From the NCBI GenBank assembly GCA_963733055.1, contig CAVTBR010000001.1, forward strand, positions 640,001 through 704,000: a stretch of DNA of 64,000 nucleotides, in the 5' to 3' direction. The first letter of the stretch is position 1, and every line of letters begins with the position of its first letter. A program made the translations under genes and the position numbers. The notes under the pieces are model-generated. The model worked only from the letters and a program-made list of their open reading frames with translations. It searched no databases and was not told the DNA's origin. Shown here piece after piece: positions 1 to 9,950 of the stretch. The stretch comes from Candidatus Bathyarchaeota archaeon. Its GTDB lineage: Archaea > Thermoproteota > Bathyarchaeia > 40CM-2-53-6.

Positions 1-406
1 ATACTGATACGAGACGCAGCGCATGAAACGTCAACACATCCGATGATGAGAGGTTTCTGTCAAAAGTTGAATGATTAAAGAACGTGAACTTTTGAGGGCT
101 ATAACCTTGAGACTTAAGCGGCAAATAGAGCGGCCCGGCACCAGAAAGATAGAGCAAAGCAGCCAACGTTGCGTGGTATAGGGGGGGGTACAGCCCAAGA
201 GGAAGATGGTGCAGGTTAGCGTCAAATATCGTGCGGTTAACATAATAGTAGTCAACGCGAGCCAAATGCGCAGGCTCATCCGGCGCCTCAAAAATTGGAA
301 CTACGAAACTGTAAGAGGTTGCCAGGACGCCGAAAAGTAGAAGGAGGAGCACGAGAAGAGATGTCTGAACAGGGACCCGCTGCGCTAAGGACAGAACTGC
401 AACCAT
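1..406 (-). CDS. GT-C fold (ArnT/PMT-like, DUF2142-like) membrane glycosyltransferase, 5' part only; runs off the window
   Basis: Not in the ORF track because it has no stop in the window. Manual translation from ATG at 406: MVAVLSLAQRVPVQTSLLVLLLLLFGVLATSYSFVVPIFEAPDEPAHLARVDYY...LYPPLYH...ALRLVSV. A TM helix followed by P-D-E-x-x-H and YPPLY is typical of GT-C enzymes. Confidence 0.7.
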   Translation of the reverse strand, partial: MVAVLSLAQRVPVQTSLLVLLLLLFGVLATSYSFVVPIFEAPDEPAHLARVDYYYVNRTIFDANLHHLPLGLYPPLYHATLAALLYLSGAGPLYLPLKSQGYSPQKFTFFNHSTFDRNLSSSDVLTFHALRLVSV

Positions 407-502
407 CCAACTTGGTCGCAAATGTCAAGTGAGGTTAATAGATTTCCCTTACCGTATGACTACCATCCGAAACTCGGGCGGAAACTTTGGGCGCGGCCAA
501 AG

Positions 503-1501
503 CTAAAGTCCACGAATCTCAGCAGTTAATCGCGCCGCGAGTTCTCGGGTTGGGAACTCCGCTGTATTGATGAATTCCGTTTTTGAGAAACGTTTGAGGC
601 TGAACTCGTAAACTCCTTTGTTCTTGTGATACGAATTGGGCAATAGGTATGTCTCCCTACCGAGTATGGACGACAGAATAGAGACATGCAAGCGATCGGT
701 AAACACCTTTGAAGCGTGCGCTACGACCTCAACAAAAGTGCGGAAGTTAGGAAGCAAATTCGCATCTCCGAAGCGTACCGAGGCCTTTGGCCATATCTCC
801 CACATCATACTCAGATTCCAATTCACGATTGATTCTCTATCGAGACGCGGGGCAACAAGTACGTGATCGTTCTCAGGCTTAGTGCCAAAGTCGGCGGCGG
901 ACATGTAAAACGCCGCGTCCGGGGAGCATCCGATCCGAACGTTCCTTGAGAACGCCAAAGCCTTGAGGAGAGTATAACTTGGGACTTCACGACAGAAAAG
1001 GTGGATTTCCTTCCCTAACCTTGACACCATTTCTTCTAAGTAGTCCGATCTGTTGGGGAGGAATGATTGGGGGGCAAATATGATAGGAGCGTCCGGATTC
1101 TTCCTTGCAATGGGGAGGATAGCTGCTAATGCTCTGTAACCTTTCCAGACATCATTCAAGTATGCTCCCCCGTTCATCACGATCGCATCAAAACCTCCGA
1201 TCACAGTAGGACTAGCCACGGGACGACTTCTTCCCCGCCTGATCGTTCTCTCGAGAACGTCTGGGCGACATGAAACTAAGACGGTTTGAAGCGAGGGAAA
1301 CACTTTCTCAGCCAAATCAAATGCGGAGCGAAATATGTTTCTGCCAATTTCAAGGCGCAAAATACTGTGCTTTATTTCGAGACTTGTGATTTGCTTCCTT
1401 ATACCCATGAAGATGAGTTTGTCGCCGAATCCTCCCCCGGGGTCAACCAACAGTATATGCGAACCACGGTATCTCGCCAGTATCCGTTGAAACGGGTCCA
1501 T
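503..1501 (-). CDS. Polysaccharide pyruvyl transferase family protein
   Basis: Motifs G(F)GDxLI, MNGG, FAPQS, FCRE, SPDAAF, TDRLHVSILS, LPNSYHKN. Confidence 0.8.
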   Translation of the reverse strand: MDPFQRILARYRGSHILLVDPGGGFGDKLIFMGIRKQITSLEIKHSILRLEIGRNIFRSAFDLAEKVFPSLQTVLVSCRPDVLERTIRRGRSRPVASPTVIGGFDAIVMNGGAYLNDVWKGYRALAAILPIARKNPDAPIIFAPQSFLPNRSDYLEEMVSRLGKEIHLFCREVPSYTLLKALAFSRNVRIGCSPDAAFYMSAADFGTKPENDHVLVAPRLDRESIVNWNLSMMWEIWPKASVRFGDANLLPNFRTFVEVVAHASKVFTDRLHVSILSSILGRETYLLPNSYHKNKGVYEFSLKRFSKTEFINTAEFPTRELAARLTAEIRGL

Positions 1502-1795
1502 CGAGCAATCCTCTTTGTTCGCGGCTGTCCTGGATGCGGTTGTTCTTCCTTCTATAGAAAACCAAAATACTAAATCATTCGTTTCGACAGAGACAGGGGC
1601 TTGAACACTTCCGAAATCGCATTTGGCACGCGAGGAGATATTTCGACTCGACTCAAGTCGACTGCGTAAAGAGAACTAACAATTTTGTCACCAGATGTGT
1701 GGATGTTGGGAGGATTATTGGAGGATTCAAGTGGAATCTTCTACATACGACCTTGAATAGACCAATGGTGATGGCAGCCAAGGAGAATCGCGCAT

Positions 1796-2512
1796 TTGTC
1801 AAAGAGAGGTCCTTCAAAGATTATTGTGGTTATCCCCGCCTTTAACTCACAAGAAACGGTAGGGCAAGTCATCGACATGATCCCGAAACCGCCAGTCAGC
1901 GAAGTGATTGTTGTAGATGACGGGAGTCTGGATGAAACGTACGAGAGAGCAATCGGGAAAAGGGCTATAGCGTTGAAGCATCCAAGGAACTTGGGATACG
2001 GCGCTGCCCAGAAAACCTTGTTCAAGGAAGCACTGAGAAGACAAGCGGATGTTGTTGTACTTCTTCACGACGATTTGCAGTATTCGCCGGCGCTAATTCC
2101 TCAGATGTGTGCACCTATCATCGGAGGCGAAGCGGATGTTGTTCTGGGAACGAGAAGGCGTATGATTCATGGAGGGATGCCGATTTGGCGGTACATAGGT
2201 AACAGAGTTTTAACATTCGTCGAGAACTTCGTCCTTCACCTGCAACTGACGGAGTTTCACACGGGCTATCGAGTCTTCTCAGCAAGCGCGTTGACTTCGT
2301 TGGACTTCGATTCTTTATCGAATGACTTTAACTTTGACAGTCAAATAATCTTTTCACTGGTTGACAAAGGAATCAAGATAGTGGAAATGCCAATCCCTAC
2401 GCTATATGGTGAGGGGAGTTCTTCTATCCATCCCTTCAAAGCCGTAAAGTACGGGATCCAGATTCTATTCATGGCACTGAAACGGATTCTACATAATGTC
2501 AGGCTGGTCTGA
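1796..2512 (+). CDS. GT2 glycosyltransferase, Dol-P-sugar synthase (DPM1-like)
   Basis: VVIPAFN, VVDDGS, NLGYGAAQK, HDD(L)QY, TEFHTGYRVF. Confidence 0.85.
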   Translation: MSKRGPSKIIVVIPAFNSQETVGQVIDMIPKPPVSEVIVVDDGSLDETYERAIGKRAIALKHPRNLGYGAAQKTLFKEALRRQADVVVLLHDDLQYSPALIPQMCAPIIGGEADVVLGTRRRMIHGGMPIWRYIGNRVLTFVENFVLHLQLTEFHTGYRVFSASALTSLDFDSLSNDFNFDSQIIFSLVDKGIKIVEMPIPTLYGEGSSSIHPFKAVKYGIQILFMALKRILHNVRLV

Positions 2513-2580
2513 CTGAACGATCAGATGACTATGCCCTTCAAGAGTGCTCCATGGCACATGCCTGCGTCAGTTAATGTGGA

Positions 2581-4080
2581 TTATAATGAGTGCGTCTGGC
2601 GAGTTGTTCGTTCATCTCGGAAGTTGTGAACTAGGTCTTCATGGTTCTTATTGATTCGTTTCAGGCTCATCACCAACCACCAAGTTTCGACCAGAAGGAG
2701 TAGCAATGTAACGGCGAGAGCCGGGGGGCCTAGCCAATTGTATAGGAGTAAATCCAATCTCGCACCCGACCAGAGAAGATCCCAACTTCCACGAACTTGG
2801 GAAAACTCTGGCATCCAGATTCCTGGATAGAACCTGGGGAAAACTCCCATTTGGGGGGCTGCATTGAAAGCGCCGATGCTCCCCAAGTACCCCATAACGG
2901 AGGCAAAATTGATCAACACACCCATAAGGTTCGAGAATACGCCAATCGCGGTCGCTGAAACAATGACGATGATGCGCAATATTGAACGCGTAGCTGATTC
3001 GATGAATGGAGCCACGCCAAGGATGAGATAAGGCATCGTCGGAACAAGGTAACGTGCTCCCCAAGCCCACCACCCATCCCAATAGTTGTATCTCGAGTAG
3101 AAAAGAAGATTTGCGAGAAATATCCAAACAAAGATGAACCTTGCCCAGTTGTTGTCTCGCCTACTGATGAGTAGAGTGAAGATTCCGAGAGCCGAGAGTG
3201 GGTAGTAGATGAAGATACCTTCTCCCGAACTAAACAACATGCCGAAAATTCCGATGAGAGGGTTTGTCCCATAGACTGCTTGATTAGCGACCGATGAAAG
3301 CGCTCCGTACCCGAAAGAAAGGGCGGACCCGAACCTTACCACGTTAAGATATGCGTACACTAATCCTCCGATCACTACTGGAGTCAGGTAGAGCGCGGTT
3401 GTTACTAAGCGCTGACGAAGATTGACGTGCGGTTTCAAAACGACGTACGCTAAGAGGCAAGGAAGTGCGAGAATCTGAGTTATTGCCGCGAAGACCGTGA
3501 CTGTTGAGAAAAAGCCTGACAGAACTGTTGACTGATTAGGTTGATTTGAGCCCAGGAGAAAGTATACTGCGATTAACAGCATCAATGATGCTGTGGGCAG
3601 TTCAAAGAAGGTTTTTGAATAAGGCCAAGCCAGCGTTGCGGTTCCATACAGTACGCTAAGTAACACACTGAGTGTGGCCGTTCTTCCAAGTCTTCGAGAT
3701 ATCAGATAGACAAGGCACACACTAGCTGAGGTGATCGTAGGAGAATACAGTAGGGTCACAACTCTCCATTGTTCGAGGTGCAGCAGTGTGCCTAGCACGA
3801 AAAGAGGCAGTGCTAAGAAAGGCTCTAGAAGGCCGTGTTGCGAGTAAATATGTCCATTAAGCGTGCCGCCGAAGCTCTGAATTAATGGCTGCGCGAAGGC
3901 TATGTTCAGCGAGCCTTTTTCAACGATGGCTTGCGTCGTCGCGTAGCTGAGTATTTCGTCGGGATTGTAAAAATGCCCTCCGGCGGTGAACACATACAAG
4001 GTAAGGAAAATGAAGAAGAGGGCAATTACGGGGTCCAGAAGGAACAAACGACGAATCTTTGAGATCAGTAGGAAGGTCAA
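2581..4080 (-). CDS. Polytopic membrane protein, GT-C-like glycosyltransferase
   Basis: More than 10 TM segments; N-terminal loop YNPDE; WPYSKTFFE; WDGWWAWGARYLVP. Confidence 0.7.
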   Translation of the reverse strand: MTFLLISKIRRLFLLDPVIALFFIFLTLYVFTAGGHFYNPDEILSYATTQAIVEKGSLNIAFAQPLIQSFGGTLNGHIYSQHGLLEPFLALPLFVLGTLLHLEQWRVVTLLYSPTITSASVCLVYLISRRLGRTATLSVLLSVLYGTATLAWPYSKTFFELPTASLMLLIAVYFLLGSNQPNQSTVLSGFFSTVTVFAAITQILALPCLLAYVVLKPHVNLRQRLVTTALYLTPVVIGGLVYAYLNVVRFGSALSFGYGALSSVANQAVYGTNPLIGIFGMLFSSGEGIFIYYPLSALGIFTLLISRRDNNWARFIFVWIFLANLLFYSRYNYWDGWWAWGARYLVPTMPYLILGVAPFIESATRSILRIIVIVSATAIGVFSNLMGVLINFASVMGYLGSIGAFNAAPQMGVFPRFYPGIWMPEFSQVRGSWDLLWSGARLDLLLYNWLGPPALAVTLLLLLVETWWLVMSLKRINKNHEDLVHNFRDERTTRQTHSL

Positions 4081-4198
4081 TGCTTAGCGTTCCCCAAGAA
4101 ATAATTGGATGATGTCAGGTTTATGCCAACGGCATACACGAACGCTTTCAAGCATATCACTTCATTCGGGTAGTTACCTTTCCGAAGGTGATTGGAAG

Positions 4199-5239
4199 CT
4201 ACTGGGAGGTGATTGGGGGGATCGTTGAAGGGATCAATCGTTGTGTCTTGTTCCTATAAGGCATCAGGTTCCTACACAACGCGACGGGTAGCGTTGCACC
4301 ATAGCACAAGTGCATAAGAATGATAGTTAACCAGACTAATGGTTGAAATCGCAAACTAAGAAGTGAGTTTCTGGTAGATTGAAGAGAGGCCACGAATGTG
4401 AACGTAAGATACGCGACGATTGTAGTGACTAAGGTATAGAATACAATCTTTGCTGTGAAGTATGCGAATGGAAGTGCTAGGATGAGGAGGACAAGAATAC
4501 TGGGAATAGCGGTAGTTAATCTGAGACTCTTCGGGTATTTCCTGATAAGAACCGCTCGCCCTTTGGCGTAGGACGATATCTGAGTTAGGAAAGGCCGAAT
4601 GATACCCCTTCTGTGATGGAAGACGACACAGTTTGGAGCGTACAAGACCGTGTACCCTCTCCTCTTAATTCTCCAAATAAGTTCGTTTTCCTCGCATGGG
4701 TAGATCGTCCGGTCAAAATAGCCAACGGTTTGCAGGGTGGAGCGTCGAAGGAATATGTTGCACGTACTCAGATTTTGTTCCCCCACCTCGCATATTTCTC
4801 CAAACCTAGAAGAGTAGCGACTTGAAGACGAGTAGGTGCCAACAATCGATTCAAGCGCGGCCCCCGCACATTTGCACAACGGCGCATCATCATTGTGAGT
4901 GATACCGGGCCCACCAACAATCGCCACTTTCGGATCTTCAAAGAGCTGCATAACCGCAGTCGCCCAGTCCTCATTCACAACGCAGTCATCGTCGGTAAAC
5001 GCAATAATTGCTCCCGTAGTCGAAGTGATTCCGAGATTACGCGCTTCCGAGATGCTAAGGTTTGGAGCGACCAGAACACGCACACGGCTATCGTGAAGTA
5101 TCGATGAATCCTTGATCGCTTTGTTCGATACGACCACAATTTCCGTAATGCCTTCCACCTTTAGAAGGGATGAGATGGTTTCACCCAGGGATTCCTTGAC
5201 GCCGATGGTTGGGACTACAACGGAGATTTTTGTACTCAA
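4199..5239 (-). CDS. GT2 glycosyltransferase with C-terminal TM helices
   Basis: ISVVVPT, ARNLG, AFTDDD, EENEL, VFHHRR, hydrophobic C-terminus. Confidence 0.85.
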   Translation of the reverse strand: MSTKISVVVPTIGVKESLGETISSLLKVEGITEIVVVSNKAIKDSSILHDSRVRVLVAPNLSISEARNLGITSTTGAIIAFTDDDCVVNEDWATAVMQLFEDPKVAIVGGPGITHNDDAPLCKCAGAALESIVGTYSSSSRYSSRFGEICEVGEQNLSTCNIFLRRSTLQTVGYFDRTIYPCEENELIWRIKRRGYTVLYAPNCVVFHHRRGIIRPFLTQISSYAKGRAVLIRKYPKSLRLTTAIPSILVLLILALPFAYFTAKIVFYTLVTTIVAYLTFTFVASLQSTRNSLLSLRFQPLVWLTIILMHLCYGATLPVALCRNLMPYRNKTQRLIPSTIPPITSQ

Positions 5240-5384
5240 TTCTCATCGAGGCTTCAACGTTTGATTTCGGTTCTAATCATCGATTGCCCAGATTAGGAAT
5301 CGTTTGTTGGTTAGTATATTGAAACTTCGTCCCGAACTAGTATATTAGAACGAGGCACGCGCCAAAGAATGAAAGCAGGAGCTA

Positions 5385-5402
5385 TCTCGCGGCCTCCTAT
5401 CA
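5385..5402 (+). repeat. 18-bp exact direct repeat, copy 1 (TCTCGCGGCCTCCTATCA)
   Basis: Identical to 7832-7849. The pair brackets the radical SAM gene. Confidence 0.85.
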
Positions 5403-5600
5403 TATGCTTACCAGCACATCACAAAGCAAGACTCCAAATAAGCCATCCTCACGCGAGGGCGATTTCGGCACTAACCTGATCCGTGAGATATAGTACCTTG
5501 GCAAACGTTTGCAAATGTCAACCGGTAGCATAGCAGAAGTATAGGGCACAGTCGAAGAACACGTTCCCGCGAAAACCGATTCCATTGCATAGGATGTAGC

Positions 5601-7724
5601 TCAACACTTCTTTCTGTAGATCAGATTCACAAGTTCTGCTAGGCTGCGCACGTACCCGGAAAGGATGCGAGCTAAGATCATGGAAACTGTGACTTTCGGA
5701 GCTAAGGCCAAGCACCTACCTGAATCCAAGATTACAAGCTTTCTTCGGATTAGATTTGACAATGCTCTCTGAATATCAGCAGACGCGTAACCGAGATCGA
5801 CGAAGTGTTGAACGACGGCATCATATTTTCGAACATCGTCAGCATATCGGAAAATACTCGCATCCAACCCCTTTAAAACAGACAACGTTCGAGCGGCACC
5901 GCGGCGTGTGTCCCAAATCAGCACGCCTGCCCGTAAATCCAGTTTAGCCAACACCGGCGCTCCGAACATCGCTGGAACCGGAGCGCCAAGCAGAACAAGA
6001 AATGGCCTAGCAAACTTGTCAAGAAACGGACTGCGAAGTGCAGGCCACAGGGGAGGAAGCATTGAAGCTTCCCATTCATCTGAGACGTTCCATTCACGCA
6101 TCCAATTCAGAATTTCGTCTCCGAGCCCCGCAGCGTACTCTTCAGGATCTCTGGCGTCTTCGTAATCAAAGTCAAAGTAGTAGGCTAGGTCGTCCAATGT
6201 CTTGTCATCAGAAGCATAGATCAGACCATATGGGCGAGCTGCTCTCACGTTGCGAATGCCGAACTTTTTCTGAAGATTGAATAGAGGGCTAAACCGATCT
6301 AGATGAATCGAGCCGAACCGTCCAGGAGGTTGAAGGTGACACAAGAGAGGCACCAACAGTTTCATCCTCTCATATTCGGAAGGCTTCTCGCTTGGGAATC
6401 CAGCCAACCAGTTCCAATAAACGGCTATTCCCATTTCGCGACATGCCTTGAGCAACCAAATATTTTGTAGAGCTGTCACGCCTTTTCCCATTAAGTTCAA
6501 AGTATCATCGCTTAAGCTCTCGATGCCAGGCTGGATACCCCGAACTCCTGCAGCCTTCAATAGTCGGAGCTGCTCACGATTCAAATTTGACTTTATCTCA
6601 AAGAACAGATTCAGCTTCACACGTCTTCTGATTACTTCGGGAAAGAATGATTTGAAAAAGTCCAAGTTGAGAATGTTGTCAACAACTTGAAAGGTATGAG
6701 GGCCCCACTTTTGAAGGAGGTCGTCCAACTCCTTGAAGAGCCTGTCCGCAGTCTTCCCCCGATATTTCATGGTAAGTCCATTCAGGCCGCAAAAAGTGCA
6801 ATGAGATATCTCACCCCACCAGCATCCCCTGGAGGTTTCAATAGCGAGCCGTGGGCTCATGAGCTCTTCCAGATTCAAAGTTCGCAAATCTTGGAAGTAA
6901 TCCTCGAATTCTGGGACAGGGAGGTCATCCATATTTCTGACTGGAGGTGGAGTGGAGAACTGATCCAAGTGATCTCCGTTACGCCCGACTATGCCCGGAA
7001 CCTTCGCATTGTTCCCAGCTACAACTCCTTCCACAAAATCGAGGAAGACCTTGTCCCCTTCGCCGCAACATACGTAATCGATCCATGGGAACAATTTCAG
7101 CATACTGTACCCCATTATTCCTTCGCAGTTTGAACCTCCAAAAATCACAATCGGCGCACTTGCGCCTAACCTTTCCTTGATTCTCCTCGCGACTGCAAGA
7201 GAAGAGCAATTCTGGGAGAACATAGTTGAGAATCCCAAGATCTTGGGATGAACACGCGCGATTTCATCAACACAAGAGTTCACGAAAGCTTCCGCCATAT
7301 CTCTGGTTCGGATAAGGTCCGATCGTAGAGCTTCTTGAGATTCCTTGACGCGCTTTCGTGCATCTTTTGCGCGGTCAACGTTCTCCAACAGCGTTACTAA
7401 AGCCTCATCGTGTGCTTTCATCTCATGCGGATTCCCGAAACCAGAAGCCAATTGTGAGAATATCCATTCCCCAAGGAAGAATTCGCAATTTGAACTGAGA
7501 GCCAGATATCTTTGGATTCCAGTGGTTTTGGCGAATGCGAGGTTGTAGTAGGCAATCTTGCTTTCGATGCCGCGGGTTCTCAATCCTGCTTTGAGCAAGC
7601 TGAGACCGAGCGATGGATAGTTCGTATTCCCGAACGGCATGAAGGCTAACAGAACATCAACTTCACGCGGGGGCATGGGGCATCGACTCTGGGGACGGCT
7701 TTCGATAATTTTATGATTGTGCAA
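5601..7724 (-). CDS. B12-binding radical SAM enzyme of the 'RiPP maturation radical SAM C-methyltransferase' type (TIGR03975-like)
   Basis: N-terminal MPF..PSLGLSLLK; cobalamin-domain-like GFSTMFSQ..GGSNC..GEGD; ETSRGCWWGEISHCTFCG (CX7CX2C); VDNIL, FEIKSN, IQPGIESL, WNWLAGFP, DRFSP; C-terminal winged-helix-like region. The start may be the ATG at 7676. Confidence 0.85.
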   Translation of the reverse strand: MHNHKIIESRPQSRCPMPPREVDVLLAFMPFGNTNYPSLGLSLLKAGLRTRGIESKIAYYNLAFAKTTGIQRYLALSSNCEFFLGEWIFSQLASGFGNPHEMKAHDEALVTLLENVDRAKDARKRVKESQEALRSDLIRTRDMAEAFVNSCVDEIARVHPKILGFSTMFSQNCSSLAVARRIKERLGASAPIVIFGGSNCEGIMGYSMLKLFPWIDYVCCGEGDKVFLDFVEGVVAGNNAKVPGIVGRNGDHLDQFSTPPPVRNMDDLPVPEFEDYFQDLRTLNLEELMSPRLAIETSRGCWWGEISHCTFCGLNGLTMKYRGKTADRLFKELDDLLQKWGPHTFQVVDNILNLDFFKSFFPEVIRRRVKLNLFFEIKSNLNREQLRLLKAAGVRGIQPGIESLSDDTLNLMGKGVTALQNIWLLKACREMGIAVYWNWLAGFPSEKPSEYERMKLLVPLLCHLQPPGRFGSIHLDRFSPLFNLQKKFGIRNVRAARPYGLIYASDDKTLDDLAYYFDFDYEDARDPEEYAAGLGDEILNWMREWNVSDEWEASMLPPLWPALRSPFLDKFARPFLVLLGAPVPAMFGAPVLAKLDLRAGVLIWDTRRGAARTLSVLKGLDASIFRYADDVRKYDAVVQHFVDLGYASADIQRALSNLIRRKLVILDSGRCLALAPKVTVSMILARILSGYVRSLAELVNLIYRKKC

Positions 7725-7831
7725 ATCAGGAATCCAACTCCTGAGTTATCGCGTTGGGTCATTTCATTAGTCGAATAAACGCCCTCGTAGCAAGCCTCAT
7801 TCAATCCTGGCGGTGCATAGAATAGCTGTGC

Positions 7832-7849
7832 TCTCGCGGCCTCCTATCA
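7832..7849 (+). repeat. 18-bp exact direct repeat, copy 2
   Basis: Identical to 5385-5402. Confidence 0.85.
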
Positions 7850-7894
7850 CAATCATGGTCATAGTTCGGGACTAACGCGGGTTTCACCCCGATG

Positions 7895-9811
7895 TCACGT
7901 TGGTGACTGCAATCGACTAAACAACTCATCTGGTCCTATCCCATTGTAAAATAGGTTGTGCCAGATGGAGAACTCGACCACTGGAAGTAGAAGGGGCCAT
8001 GGGTCTTTTCCACGTCTCAGACAGTCCGTTATAGCACGTTTGACCTTGTCGGTATCAATCGGCGGGACCGTCATCGAATCTAGTAGGCGTAGCAGATATT
8101 CAGTGACCGCGTATCGCTTTTCTCTTCTCGTGGCCGAAATTCGATAGAGAGTCCACAATTTTGTCTTTTCCAAAATGAGGCGTAGCAGTAAGACTTTCCT
8201 GCATGCACCAATTTGGGAAAAATGTAGATTCGTGGATGGGATTTTCGATAGTTCAGGGAACAAGCGGTTGATGGTTTTGTAGAAGATATGTCGCCTCACC
8301 TTCGTGAGAGGGGGAATAGCGAGGGCGAATTCGGCTGACTCGTTGTCCAAGAAAGGCAAAACCGGTCTGGCTTTCGAACCTATGAGGTTGTTCGACAGAA
8401 GTGAAACACAATTCTTAGATCTGTTCGTTATGTGGAAGATTGTTACAGTGTTCTCATGCTGCCCAATGTGGGCAAGTTGTTCGACTAGTGAGTTAGAGTC
8501 TGGCATGATCTGATCGCGTATTGGATCATGAAAGAACTCCGCAATTCGACGCGCTGTTTCACCGTTTTTGTTCCCTACCCTTTCTCTCATATGCTCTCCT
8601 AGCGCCTCAACCAACTTGCTTTGGTTCTTGCTCCACTCCAGGCTGAGTTCTGTCGACCAGCTGGTCCCCCAGAGAACATCTCCTGCTAAACCATCAATAA
8701 CGTTCTCGCCTACTCCAAGCCTTGACACCAAAGGCATTAGTGCTAAGAGGTCCGTGGTCATTCCGTCCGAGAGAAATACCTTTTCGATGAGGTATTTCTG
8801 ATAGAGATCGCTCGGTATAGGGACGTACGTGTTTCTCACGCCAAGAGTCTTTGCTATTTCTCTTGCCAAAAAGACGTCGGAGGTGTACCAGAAATGCCAT
8901 GGGTAACTCAGCACGTGAAGATTTAGCGTTGTTAGAGTGTCGAAGTTTACTTTCGTAAAATTCCTGAGGGCGGCCGCGATACAAGGGGAGTCGTATCCTC
9001 CAGAAAGCAGAACTGTACAGTTACCAAGTTCTCTGAGCTGTCTGCGGAACGTCCGCTTGAGGACCTCGGCGCCTTTCTCGATGAAATATTTCTCACTATT
9101 GCAATGGTCGACCTTAACGTCCGTATAACGCCAATACTCTCTCACGTGGAAATCCGACTTTCTCACGGTTAGAACTACTGCGTTTGGCAGCGCATGGATA
9201 TTGCTAAAGGGCGTTTTCGTTCCGAGAATATAGCCATACGAAAAAATGTCACGCCAGGCACTCCAGTTAATTTCTTTCCGGATATTGGTGTCCTCGACTA
9301 CCGCTTTGACCTCAGAGGCAAACGTGAATGAAGGTTTCTCGTAGCAGTAGTACATTGACTTCATGCCAAATCTGTCATTTGCTAATGTTAGAGTTCTAGT
9401 TCGCGCGTCGAAGAGGACGATCGTGAATACTCCATTCAGTTCCTGTATCGATTTAACTCCCCATTCCTCAAACGCATGCAGGATCACTTCACCGTCGCTG
9501 TCGCGATGCCTGAACGTATGGCCGCGACGCATCAGTTCCCGTTTCATTCTTTCGTCAGCATGAATCCTACCGGCAAGGAATGCGAATTTGGTCTTCCCTT
9601 CGTTCCAGATTGGTTGAGTAACATGAAGGGGTCTCGTGAAGAGGCATCCTACTGCGATGCCCTCGAACGACACAATCTTGCTTTCAAGCACCTTATCGCG
9701 ATCGAGCGCTGACCTCATTTTTCTCAGTGACGCTCGCAATTCTTGATCCGTCCGAGTAGCGTCAAAGATTCCGAAGAGCTTCATTATGGGCGAATTAGCA
9801 CGTGACATCAA
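7895..9811 (-). CDS. Asparagine synthetase B-like amide ligase lacking the N-terminal catalytic Cys
   Basis: Ntn-like domain (DSDGEVIL, LNGVF, ANDRFGMK, FASEVKA) plus PP-loop LLSGGYDS, GLAGD and PFLD. The N-terminus reads MKLFGIFD instead of MCGI. Confidence 0.8.
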   Translation of the reverse strand: MMSRANSPIMKLFGIFDATRTDQELRASLRKMRSALDRDKVLESKIVSFEGIAVGCLFTRPLHVTQPIWNEGKTKFAFLAGRIHADERMKRELMRRGHTFRHRDSDGEVILHAFEEWGVKSIQELNGVFTIVLFDARTRTLTLANDRFGMKSMYYCYEKPSFTFASEVKAVVEDTNIRKEINWSAWRDIFSYGYILGTKTPFSNIHALPNAVVLTVRKSDFHVREYWRYTDVKVDHCNSEKYFIEKGAEVLKRTFRRQLRELGNCTVLLSGGYDSPCIAAALRNFTKVNFDTLTTLNLHVLSYPWHFWYTSDVFLAREIAKTLGVRNTYVPIPSDLYQKYLIEKVFLSDGMTTDLLALMPLVSRLGVGENVIDGLAGDVLWGTSWSTELSLEWSKNQSKLVEALGEHMRERVGNKNGETARRIAEFFHDPIRDQIMPDSNSLVEQLAHIGQHENTVTIFHITNRSKNCVSLLSNNLIGSKARPVLPFLDNESAEFALAIPPLTKVRRHIFYKTINRLFPELSKIPSTNLHFSQIGACRKVLLLRLILEKTKLWTLYRISATRREKRYAVTEYLLRLLDSMTVPPIDTDKVKRAITDCLRRGKDPWPLLLPVVEFSIWHNLFYNGIGPDELFSRLQSPT

Positions 9812-9950
9812 TTGGGGTCTCCGTTGAAAAGTAGCTCTAGTTCGAAGGGAAATCGATCTTCTTGCTCTTATTCAGTCTTTCAGAATGTGATTGAGTCCTG
9901 TGGTTCCAACATGCAACCAGTGTCGAAAGATCCGAGCGAATGAGGGGATC

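Noticed and set aside
181-188. G8 tract in the GT-C gene (and C7 at 10826) as phase-variation sites
   Set aside because: The tracts are short, in frame and encode conserved Pro-Pro or Gly-Gly motif residues.
5501-5512. 12-bp palindrome GCAAACGTTTGC resembling the half-sites at 42461
   Set aside because: The half-site arrangement is opposite, and one 12-bp palindrome is expected by chance in a window of this size.
7895-9811. Lasso peptide cluster, with the AsnB-like protein as lasso cyclase
   Set aside because: No transglutaminase-like leader peptidase, stand-alone RRE or precursor with a lasso leader pattern was seen nearby.
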